From Clostridia bacterium (GTDB lineage Bacteria > Bacillota > Clostridia > Oscillospirales > RGIG577): DNA of 64,000 bases. The stretch spans positions 71,297 through 135,296 of the forward strand of contig JAFWDJ010000011.1 in NCBI GenBank assembly GCA_017513095.1, read 5' to 3'. The notes below the pieces were generated by a model. That model made no database searches. It was not told the origin of the DNA and worked only from the letters and a program-made list of their open reading frames with translations. The translations under genes and the position numbers were made by a program. Below, in pieces: positions 21,134-28,988 of this stretch; positions within the stretch are counted from its first letter, which is position 1; every line of letters starts with the position of its first letter.

Positions 21134-21267
21134 AACTCCTTTTTTATTTTTTTATTTTTCCCGGGGCTTTTTTCGTGCCCGGTTTGTTACATACACTATA
21201 TTATACTACAAAATCTTTCGCAATGCAAATTACCCGCCGCAAAATCTGCGGCGGGTAAAGGGGCCTC

Positions 21268-22185
21268 TTAATCTTCCTTTATAAGCTCTTTAAGCGACGC
21301 CGCAAGGCCGCCCAGAGCCTGTATCTCCGACGGGATGATTATCTTCGTCGCATTGCCCTCGCTTACGTGCTCGAGCGCCTCAAAGCTCTTTAACATAAGC
21401 ACTGCGCGGTCGGGCTCTGCAGCCTTTATCTTGCGAAGACCCTCGGCGGTAGCCTCCTGAACCTTCAGAATTGCCTCTGCCTCGCCCTCGGCCCTTCTTA
21501 TCTGCGACTCCTTCTGAGCCTCAGCCGCAAGGATTGCGGACTGCTTGTCGGCCTCCGCCTGAAGGATCACCGACTCCTTCTGGCCCTCGGCCACGAGTAT
21601 AGCCGCTCTCTTTTCGCCTTCCGCGCGAAGGATTGCCTCGCGGCGCTCGCGCTCCGCCTTCATCTGCTTTTCCATGGCAACCTGAATCTCACGCGGCGGG
21701 ATGATGTTCTTAAGCTCGACGCGGTTTATCTTTATGCCCCACGCGTCGGTCGCAACGTCGAGTATCTCGCGCATCTTCGAGTTTATCGTATCTCTCGAGG
21801 TAAGCGTCTGGTCAAGCTCCATGTCGCCTATGATGTTTCGAAGCGTCGTCGCGGTAAGATTCTCGATGGCGCGCATCGGGCTTTCAACGCCGTAAGCGTA
21901 GAGCTTGGGGTCGGTTATCTGGAAGAAAACGACCGTATCTATCTGTATCGTTACGTTATCCTTCGTGATAACGGGCTGGGGCTTAAAGTCGGCCACCTGC
22001 TCCTTAATGCTCACCTTTCTCGCTATTCTGTCAACAAAAGGAATAAGGAAGTGAAGTCCCACGCCCCACGTGTTTATATACGCGCCGAATCGTTCGATAA
22101 CGTAGGCCGAAGCCTGCGGCACGATCTTTATGCGGCTTATAAGGAAAATCACCACAAGAGCTAAAATAATAATAGGTACCAGCAT
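21268..22185 (-). CDS. SPFH/band 7 (QmcA/stomatin-like) protein
   Basis: VITKDNV, TTLRNIIG, WGIKINRVE and KQMKAERERR motifs. Confidence 0.93.
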   Translation of the reverse strand: MLVPIIILALVVIFLISRIKIVPQASAYVIERFGAYINTWGVGLHFLIPFVDRIARKVSIKEQVADFKPQPVITKDNVTIQIDTVVFFQITDPKLYAYGVESPMRAIENLTATTLRNIIGDMELDQTLTSRDTINSKMREILDVATDAWGIKINRVELKNIIPPREIQVAMEKQMKAERERREAILRAEGEKRAAILVAEGQKESVILQAEADKQSAILAAEAQKESQIRRAEGEAEAILKVQEATAEGLRKIKAAEPDRAVLMLKSFEALEHVSEGNATKIIIPSEIQALGGLAASLKELIKED

Positions 22186-22212
22186 TATAATTACCTCCTT
22201 TTCATACTTCTT

Positions 22213-22656
22213 TTATAAGGTTCCCGGCACGGGCTCCACTATGAGCTTGACGCCGGATATCTCGCGGATCACGGCCTTGTCGCCCGACGAAAGCCTTATT
22301 TCGTCCGACACGGCTCTGGCGGTCCAGTCCTGGCCCATCACCTTTGCCGCGCCCTTTCCGAGAACGTTGTCGATATCCTCAGTTATAACGCATTCCATGC
22401 CGATAAGGCGGTCTGCGTTTGTCCTTTTGAGCTTGGGCGTGAGTATCTTTTTCACCACGCGGCGCGTTGAAAGTATGAGCACGATGGACACCGCTAAAAA
22501 CAGCACTATCTGCCACACGGGCTCAAGCCCGAGATGGGCGGCTATCATGGATACTATCGCGCCGAGGCAGAACCATATCGCCACGAGCTGCACGGAAAAG
22601 ACCTCACAAAGCGCCGCGACAATTATAACCGCCAGCCAAATCCATATCCAGTTCAT
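22213..22656 (-). CDS. NfeD-family membrane protein
   Basis: Three TM helices plus an OB-fold C-terminus (GQDWTAR); canonical partner of SPFH. Confidence 0.9.
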   Translation of the reverse strand: MNWIWIWLAVIIVAALCEVFSVQLVAIWFCLGAIVSMIAAHLGLEPVWQIVLFLAVSIVLILSTRRVVKKILTPKLKRTNADRLIGMECVITEDIDNVLGKGAAKVMGQDWTARAVSDEIRLSSGDKAVIREISGVKLIVEPVPGTL

Positions 22657-22798
22657 CGAAACAGCCCCCTTTCTTTTCATAAAGACGCATCATGCGACGC
22701 AAATGTTCCGCATTCGTCTAAGGTAGCTTACGATAAAATAATACAATATATTTATGTATAATTTGTAAAAAATAAATCAATAGGCCGTAAATTCGGTC

Positions 22799-24631
22799 TT
22801 ACTTCTTCGCGTCGGCCTTAAGGCGCGCCTCCTGCTTCATGCGCTCCTCCTTCGAAAGATACTTCTTTCTTAAACGAAGGAAGTTGGGCGTTACCTCCAA
22901 AAGCTCGTCCTCGGCGATAAATTCAAGGCACTGTTCGAGGCTCAGTACCTTGTGGGGCGTGAGCCTTAACGCCTCGTCGGAGCCGGAGGCGCGCATATTC
23001 GTAACGTGCTTCTTTTTGCAGACGTTCACGGCCATGTCGCCGTCGCGGCTGTTCTCGCCCACTATCATGCCCTCGTACACATTAGTGTTGGGGCCGATAA
23101 AGAGCGTGCCGCGGTCCTGCGCGTTGTAAAGGCCGTACGTTACGGACTTGCCCGTTTCAAACGCCACGAGAGAGCCGCGCGTGCGCTCCTGAATTTCGCC
23201 GCGCATGGGCTCGTAGCCCTCGAATATCGAGTTTATAACGGCCGTGCCCTTCGTTTTCGTCATCATTTCGCTTCTGTAGCCGATAAGGCCGCGCGAGGGC
23301 ACTAAAAATTCAACGCGCGAGTAGCTCTGAGTGGGCGTGATCGAAAGAAGCTCGCCCTTGCGGAGGTTCGTGCTCTCGATAACGGTGCCGACGTATTCCT
23401 CGGGCGCGTCGACTACGAGACGCTCCATAGGCTCGCAGAGCTGTCCGTCGACCGTCTTTGTTATTATCTTCGGCTTCGATACGAGAAATTCATACCCCTG
23501 ACGGCGCATATTCTCGATGAGCACCGCGATGTGAAGCTCGCCGCGTCCCGAAATCTTGAACGTGTCGGCGGAGTCGGTATCCTCGACCTTTAGACTTATA
23601 TTCGATTCAAGCTCCTTATAGAGCCTGTCGCGCAGATGGCGCGAGGTGACGTATGAGCCGTCCTGACCTGCGAACGGGCCGTCGTTTACGGAGAAGTTCA
23701 TCGTAAGGACGGGCTGGTCTACCTTTATCGCGGGCAGCGGCTCCGGCGCGTCGGGCGAACAGATGGAGTCGCCTATATTTATATCGGAAAGCGCCGATAC
23801 GGCGACGATCTCGCCCGTAGACGCCTCTGAGACGGCTTCGCGCTTTAAGCTCTCGAACGTATAAAGGCCCGAGACCTTGGCCTTTACCACTTCGCCGTTC
23901 TGGCGGCAGACCGCTACCTGATCGTTTAACGCCACGCGGCCGCGGTTAATTTTGCCCACGGCAATGCGTCCCGTATAATTGTCGTAGTCAATATTCGACA
24001 CGAGCATCTGAAACGGGCCGTCCTCGACGCCGCACGGCGGGTCTATTTTATCCTTTATTATATCGAAAAGCGGCTTTAACGTACCGTCGTGGCGGTCGGG
24101 GCTCAGCGAAGCCCAGCCGTCGCGGCCGGAGGCGAACACGACGGGCGAATCGAGATACGACTCGTCGGCCTCAAGGTCCAAAAGAAGCTCAAGCACCTCG
24201 TCTACCACCTCGTGCGGGCGCGCGTTCGGTCTGTCGGCCTTGTTTATTACGATTATCACCTTGAGCCCGAGCGCGAGCGCCTTTTTAAGTACGAAGCGCG
24301 TCTGCGGCATACAGCCCTCGAAGGCGTCCACGAGAAGGAGAACGCCGTCTACGAGCCCGAGGCTTCTTTCCACCTCGCCGCCGAAATCGGCGTGTCCGGG
24401 GGTGTCAACTATGTTTATTTTTATATCCTGATAATATATTGCCGTATTTTTTGCAAGTATCGTTATGCCGCGCTCGCGTTCGAGGTCGTTAGAGTCCATG
24501 ACGCGCTCGACCACCTGCTGATTTTCGCGGAATATGCCGCTCTGGCGGAGCATCGCGTCGACGAGCGTCGTCTTGCCGTGATCGACGTGGGCAATTATAG
24601 CGATATTGCGGATGTTTTCCTGTTTAACCAT
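22799..24631 (-). CDS. typA: Translational GTPase TypA/BipA
   Basis: IAHVDHGKTTLVD, ERERGITILAK, GRGELH and TNMRASG motifs. Confidence 0.97.
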   Translation of the reverse strand: MVKQENIRNIAIIAHVDHGKTTLVDAMLRQSGIFRENQQVVERVMDSNDLERERGITILAKNTAIYYQDIKINIVDTPGHADFGGEVERSLGLVDGVLLLVDAFEGCMPQTRFVLKKALALGLKVIIVINKADRPNARPHEVVDEVLELLLDLEADESYLDSPVVFASGRDGWASLSPDRHDGTLKPLFDIIKDKIDPPCGVEDGPFQMLVSNIDYDNYTGRIAVGKINRGRVALNDQVAVCRQNGEVVKAKVSGLYTFESLKREAVSEASTGEIVAVSALSDINIGDSICSPDAPEPLPAIKVDQPVLTMNFSVNDGPFAGQDGSYVTSRHLRDRLYKELESNISLKVEDTDSADTFKISGRGELHIAVLIENMRRQGYEFLVSKPKIITKTVDGQLCEPMERLVVDAPEEYVGTVIESTNLRKGELLSITPTQSYSRVEFLVPSRGLIGYRSEMMTKTKGTAVINSIFEGYEPMRGEIQERTRGSLVAFETGKSVTYGLYNAQDRGTLFIGPNTNVYEGMIVGENSRDGDMAVNVCKKKHVTNMRASGSDEALRLTPHKVLSLEQCLEFIAEDELLEVTPNFLRLRKKYLSKEERMKQEARLKADAKK

Positions 24632-24840
24632 AAATCTCACCTTCAATTAAAATTGCTTCAAAACAAAACACTCTATATGTTACCACACAAATCGGCGCAA
24701 TACAATAAAAGTATTGACCACATTTTTATATTTTGCCAAAAAAATTACCGTTTAAAATTGCCAAACGCGAAATTATGAGTTATAATAAAGTCATATAACA
24801 GAAAATAACATCGGATTTTCAAAAAAGGAGTTGTATTTAT

Positions 24841-25236
24841 ATGCCTCAGGTTGTTACGGCACTCGTGGAAGACGGCGACAAGATCTTTATCGCACAGCGC
24901 AGCAAGGATGACGAGCTTCCGCTCATGTGGGAGTTCCCCGGCGGAAAGGTGCGCCCCGGCGAGCCCAGCGACGAAGCGATACAGCGCGAATACAAGGAGG
25001 AGCTGAACCTCGATATCGAGGTGACGGAGCTTTACTCCAAGGGCGTTTACGCTTTCATGAAGTGGGAGGTTGAGGTCATGATGTACCGCGCGAAGATAGT
25101 CGGCGGCGAGCTTAAGCTAAACGAGCACAACGACTATGCGTGGGTGACGCGAAAGGAGCTTAAGGATTACGAGATAATCCCGCCCTACAAGCATTTTTAC
25201 GACCAGCTCGTAGCGGAAGGCGAAAAGGAAGCATAA
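24841..25236 (+). CDS. NUDIX hydrolase (MutT/NudG-like)
   Basis: WEFPGGKV...AIQREYKEEL Nudix box; AGGAG RBS; terminator at 25243-25281. Confidence 0.9.
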   Translation: MPQVVTALVEDGDKIFIAQRSKDDELPLMWEFPGGKVRPGEPSDEAIQREYKEELNLDIEVTELYSKGVYAFMKWEVEVMMYRAKIVGGELKLNEHNDYAWVTRKELKDYEIIPPYKHFYDQLVAEGEKEA

Positions 25237-25336
25237 AGCCTGAAAAAAGCAAACGGAAGCAAGCCTTCCGTTTGTTTTTTTGCGAAAATATACGTATTTT
25301 CGGGATATGAGGAGGGGTTATTTTCCTCCGTCCAAA

Positions 25337-25466
25337 GCCTTCCCCTCCGAGGGGAAGGTGGCGGCGGGCCGTGACGGATGAGGTGCAGCGCCGCCACGGC
25401 GCGTTCGTCCCCAAAGGCTCCCTCCCCGAGGGAGCTGTCGGCGCCATCGGCGCTGACTGAGGGAGT
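25337..25466. repeat. REP-like palindromic repeat cluster
   Basis: CCTTCCCCT-ccg-AGGGGAAGG+TGGCGGCG...CGGATGAGGTG and GGCTCCCTC-ccc-GAGGGAGC...GACTGAGGG; the first unit partly recurs at 25913-25950. Confidence 0.65.
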
Positions 25467-25912
25467 TGATGCACAATTGCCCAATTATTTGCTTGAAATA
25501 TTTTAAGAAGCTTTTTTCTAAGTTTTTAACCAATCTTCCATATAGTAATGGTGCTTACACGCCAAATGAAGGAAGGTGATCGCCAGCCTAAAGCGGCCAA
25601 CGAGCACCTTCCATAATAGGATTAAATCCTATATTTATTAAAAGCAAAGCATAGTAAAAAGTCAAGTAAAAAAACACTGCATGTATACTAAATGTGTATT
25701 CTGCCCGAAAAGCGGCTTAGATATAACGAAGGATGATTATTTCGTTATCATGTGCTGCCTTATTTATGCCCCTGCTTCCTGCTTATACATCTTTCTTTTT
25801 CAGAACTTCGTTCTAAAGAATTTTGTCGCCTCCCGCGGGGGTTCTTTTGGAAACAAAAGAACCAAAATCCGGGTCCCCGAAAAATACGTCCTGCGGATTT
25901 TTTGAGGTGGTT

Positions 25913-25950
25913 CAAGGGAAGGTGGCGGCGAAGCCGTCGGATGAGGTGTC
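25913..25950. repeat. Partial copy of the REP-like unit
   Basis: GGGAAGGTGGCGGCGaagccgtCGGATGAGGTG versus GGGAAGGTGGCGGCGggccgtgaCGGATGAGGTG at 25352-25385. Confidence 0.65.
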
Positions 25951-25964
25951 TCAATTCTTTCCCC

Positions 25965-26150
25965 CTACAGCATTCCCTTTATTTCCTCGCCGCCTATGGC
26001 AATAACGCTGCCCCAGTTTAAGAGTATGTCGGGGCCCTCGTCAAATTTTATCGCAACGCAGTCCTCTTCCCTCACTACATCGCGCACGCCTCCGAAAACA
26101 AGCGTCCTCGCCTCGTTGTCTATGTACATGATGACGTATATTTCGTCCAT
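25965..26150 (-). CDS. Small hypothetical protein (61 aa), third gene of cassette B
   Basis: MDEIYVIMYIDNEARTLVFGGVRDVVREED... with a GAAGGA RBS; truncated paralog at 27162-27234. Confidence 0.65.
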   Translation of the reverse strand: MDEIYVIMYIDNEARTLVFGGVRDVVREEDCVAIKFDEGPDILLNWGSVIAIGGEEIKGML

Positions 26151-26173
26151 GTTTGTTCCTTCCTTCGGGCATG

Positions 26174-26197
26174 AAAAAACCGCCTTATCGGCGGTTT
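26174..26197 (-). terminator. Terminator after immunity B
   Basis: AACCGCC-gataa-GGCGGTTTTTT on the minus strand; same element at 27258-27281. Confidence 0.75.
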
Positions 26198-26211
26198 GCA
26201 GGCACATCATA

Positions 26212-26577
26212 TCAGTCATCATCGGGGTACTTATCAAATACGCGGAAGTAGCACTTTGTGAGGACGTCGATTACCACATCCGCTTCGTCTTCCCCGAGTA
26301 TTCCGTCGAGCCTTCCCTCCATCAGGTCTTCATAGTAGAGGTACAACTCATCCGTAAGCTCTGGCGTCAGTGTGTTGTTGTCGATTTCCCACTCAATCAT
26401 CGGGAGCAGTACGTTTAACCGCTCGGCTTCTGCGAGTTTGTTCTCGTTAAATTCGTAAAGCCAAAAATTTTGAACGTCTTTACCGGTAAAAGGTTTGCCG
26501 GGTCTATCGCTCTGATTAGAGCGAATGCGCTCAAGCAACAAATCCTTACACTCTTCGTAAGTAATGTCGTACTTCAT
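26212..26577 (-). CDS. Putative immunity protein B (acidic, helical)
   Basis: ATGA overlap with the toxin B stop codon; paralog of 27296-27649. Confidence 0.7.
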   Translation of the reverse strand: MKYDITYEECKDLLLERIRSNQSDRPGKPFTGKDVQNFWLYEFNENKLAEAERLNVLLPMIEWEIDNNTLTPELTDELYLYYEDLMEGRLDGILGEDEADVVIDVLTKCYFRVFDKYPDDD

Positions 26578-27164
26578 TTCTTTTTCCTCCATCTGTGCTT
26601 CCAAACGTCGCCTTCGGCGGCTTTGTTTGAAACAACGTTAATCTCTACCTCAGGAAAAGCCTTTTTGAACTGCTCCATAACTCCTTGACAGCTTTCACAC
26701 ATTCCGCGTTCGGAAAGCATCGTTATTGATTTGAAAGGTGCCTTTTCATATAGGTCGGCGAAATATTCAAACAATTTTGCCTCTGTATCATGCTCTGTTT
26801 CTGTTCTTGGTTTTCTGCTTTTTAGCAACACATCTTTACAAGAAAAGCGTCGCTTGTCTCTCAATAATACTAATTCCGAAGATCCTCTGTACTTTCTCGC
26901 TTTAGCGGAATCTGAAATCTTACTGTTTAATTTATACGCCTTTTTCCTTTCCCTGTCAATAAAGCTCTCTCCGTATTTTTCGTCCTGTTTCTTCTTCCAC
27001 TGCTCATACGTCATATCGGCGGGCACGTAGTACGTCCCGCCTTCCGCATCTCTCGCCGCACGTTCGCCCGGGACGTCAAAATCGTCCTCAAAATACGGCG
27101 CCGTCGTCGTCCTGCACCATGGATGGAACGGCGGCGCCGTAACGCCCACCTCGCGTTCGCTCAT
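26574..27164 (-). CDS. Truncated MuF (phage minor head protein) stub fused to a deaminase toxin domain, copy B
   Basis: GVTAPPFHPWCR (MuF/SPP1 gp7 C-terminal motif); HDTEAKL...SERGMCESC Zn-deaminase motifs; GGAGG 8 nt upstream of ATG 27164. Confidence 0.75.
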   Translation of the reverse strand: MSEREVGVTAPPFHPWCRTTTAPYFEDDFDVPGERAARDAEGGTYYVPADMTYEQWKKKQDEKYGESFIDRERKKAYKLNSKISDSAKARKYRGSSELVLLRDKRRFSCKDVLLKSRKPRTETEHDTEAKLFEYFADLYEKAPFKSITMLSERGMCESCQGVMEQFKKAFPEVEINVVSNKAAEGDVWKHRWRKKK

Positions 27165-27234
27165 CGCGCACGCCTCCGAAAACAAGCAGCCTCGCCTCGT
27201 TGTCTATATACATGATGACGTATACATCGTCCAT
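27162..27234 (-). pseudogene. Truncated copy of the 61-aa small gene (cassette A), interrupted by cassette B
   Basis: MDDVYVIMYIDNEARLLVFGGVRD matches 25965-26150, then switches abruptly to MuF DNA. Confidence 0.7.
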
Positions 27235-27257
27235 GTTTATTCCTCCCTTCGGGCATG

Positions 27258-27281
27258 AAAAAACCGCCTTTTCGGCGGTTC
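27258..27281 (-). terminator. Terminator after immunity A
   Basis: AACCGCC-gaaaa-GGCGGTTTTTT on the minus strand. Confidence 0.75.
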
Positions 27282-27295
27282 GCAGATATATCATA

Positions 27296-27649
27296 TCAGT
27301 CTTCGTCCGGGTACTTGTCGAATACGCGGAAGTAACACTTGGTGAGAACATCTATAACAACGTCCTCTTCGTCCTCCCCCAGTATTCCGTCAAGCCGTCC
27401 CTCCATCAGATCCTCATAATAGAGGTACAGCTCATCTTTCATCTCGGGCGTCAGTGTGTTGTTGTCAATTTCCCATTCGAACATTGGGAGCAGCACGTTA
27501 AGTCTTTCCGCTTCCGCAATTTTGTTTTCGTTAAACTCATAAAGCCAAGAACTTTCAAGATACGCTCCTGTAATAGGGCGCCTCTTTATGGCTTGAATAC
27601 GTCCAAGCATCATATCTTTACTACATTCATAAGTAATGTCATACTTCAT
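27296..27649 (-). CDS. Putative immunity protein A
   Basis: ATGA overlap with the toxin A stop codon; MKYDITYE...FDKYPDED. Confidence 0.7.
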   Translation of the reverse strand: MKYDITYECSKDMMLGRIQAIKRRPITGAYLESSWLYEFNENKIAEAERLNVLLPMFEWEIDNNTLTPEMKDELYLYYEDLMEGRLDGILGEDEEDVVIDVLTKCYFRVFDKYPDED

Positions 27650-28218
27650 TTCTTTTTCCTCCTGTGCTTCCAAACATCGCCTTCAATTATTTTATTTGAA
27701 ACAACGTTAATCTCCACCTCTGGAAAAGCTTTTTTGAACTGCTCCATAACACCCTGGCAGCTCTCACACATTCCACGTTCGGAAAGCATTGTTATGGATT
27801 TAAATGGTTTTCTTTCGTATAAATCTGCAAAAAATTCAAACAACTTTGCCTCTGTGTCTTGATCTGTGTTGGTCCGCACCCCACCGTCTTTACATGGCAC
27901 GTCTTTATAAATAAACCTTGGGGCTTCTTTCAACAATACTAATTCCGAAGATCCTCTGTACTTAGTAGCTTTAGAGATATCTGAAATCTTACTGTTTAAA
28001 TAATACGCCTTTTTCCTTTCCCTGTCAATAAAGCTCTCTCCGTATTTTTCGTCCTGTTTCTTCTTCCACTCCGGATATTTCATATCGTCCGGCACATAAT
28101 ACGTCTTTCCGTCCGCGTCCCTTGCGGCGCGTTCGCCCGGATCGTCAAAGTCGTCGTCAAATGCCGGCACCGTCGTTGTCCGGCACCACGGATGAAAGGG
28201 CGGCCTTCCTCTACCCAA
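27646..28218 (-). CDS. Truncated MuF stub fused to a deaminase toxin domain, copy A (start doubtful, may be a silent cassette)
   Basis: PPFHPWCRTTT...ERAARD...TYYVPDDMKYPEW, then DTEAKL...SERGMCESC; only a TTG start with no obvious RBS. Confidence 0.7.
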   Translation of the reverse strand: MGRGRPPFHPWCRTTTVPAFDDDFDDPGERAARDADGKTYYVPDDMKYPEWKKKQDEKYGESFIDRERKKAYYLNSKISDISKATKYRGSSELVLLKEAPRFIYKDVPCKDGGVRTNTDQDTEAKLFEFFADLYERKPFKSITMLSERGMCESCQGVMEQFKKAFPEVEINVVSNKIIEGDVWKHRRKKK

Positions 28219-28245
28219 AAATCGAACTTTTTACATAAAACCGTA

Positions 28246-28400
28246 TTGATTTATTTATAACGGCGTGTTATCCTTATATTTGCTGAGGCGGAGGGGGTCC
28301 GACGCCGAAGCGACGTATATACCGACTGCCGCCGAAGCTTTTTCTGAGGCGAAAGGCGTGATTTAAGCATACTTAAAAAGCGCCCCGGGCGCTTTTTTGA
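28246..28400 (+). promoter_or_regulatory. Promoter, structured leader and terminator upstream of the GNAT gene (candidate attenuator or sRNA)
   Basis: TTGATT-N17-TATCCT (TG-extended), GC-rich ~100-nt leader, then AAAAAGCGCCC-c-GGGCGCTTTTTT before the GNAT RBS. Confidence 0.5.
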
Positions 28401-28454
28401 TTTTGCGCCCCCCATAAAACGCGCCAAACTCATGTATAAAGGTGAACGAGTACT

Positions 28455-28943
28455 ATGGAAAAAACATTCGTGCCGATAGAGTATCGGGAAAGCTTCAAGC
28501 CGCTTCTTATGTCATTTCTTATAAAATGCCTGCCCGAATCCGGCAGGACCCTCGATCTTGCGGGAAGGCATAAGTATTACTCGGATATCGAAAAGAACTT
28601 CAAAGGCTTTTGGTGCATGTTCGACGACGAAGGCGTCATCGGCACTTCCGCGGTGTCGGAGCTTGACGAAAAAAGCTGCGAGCTAAAATCGCTTTTTCTC
28701 TTAGAGCGGTATCACGGCCTCGGATACGGAAGGCTCCTTCTTTGGCAGGCGATCGCCTTCGCCGCAGAGAGCGGATACGAGCGGATGTATCTTGAGTCCC
28801 TCTCCTCAAGCACGCGCGCGCTGAACCTTTACAAAAAGGCCGGTTTTACCGATACCCAAAAATACAACACGAACGAATACACGGACGTTTTCATGGTTCT
28901 GGACTTAAAAAGCCTTCCGTCTGAGGACGCCGCTTCGAGATAA
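28455..28943 (+). CDS. GNAT-family N-acetyltransferase
   Basis: CELKSLFL...YHGLGYGRLLL acetyl-CoA motif and ALNLYKKAGF. Confidence 0.9.
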   Translation: MEKTFVPIEYRESFKPLLMSFLIKCLPESGRTLDLAGRHKYYSDIEKNFKGFWCMFDDEGVIGTSAVSELDEKSCELKSLFLLERYHGLGYGRLLLWQAIAFAAESGYERMYLESLSSSTRALNLYKKAGFTDTQKYNTNEYTDVFMVLDLKSLPSEDAASR

Positions 28944-28988
28944 TTCTAAACAGAATTTCACATACTTACCGTAAAGGGGCTGATTTTT

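Noticed and set aside
25337-25950. Possible CRISPR array or IS/MITE
   Set aside because: No regularly spaced identical repeats, no cas or transposase gene, and no clear terminal inverted repeats with target duplication.
25318-26021. Short ORFs in the REP region (25318-25533, 25681-25905, 25752-26021)
   Set aside because: They run through palindromic repeats and have no RBS or protein-like composition.
26574-28218. Diversity-generating retroelement TR/VR pair
   Set aside because: Differences between copies are not adenine-specific, include indels, and no reverse transcriptase is present.
28280-28400. SAM-I, glycine, guanidine-IV or T-box riboswitch, or a self-cleaving ribozyme
   Set aside because: Only fragments match (AGGCGGAGGG, CGCCGAAG). 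The required cores (GCAACC/GGTGC, CTCAGG, T-box GGTGG.ACC, CTGA.GA) are missing.
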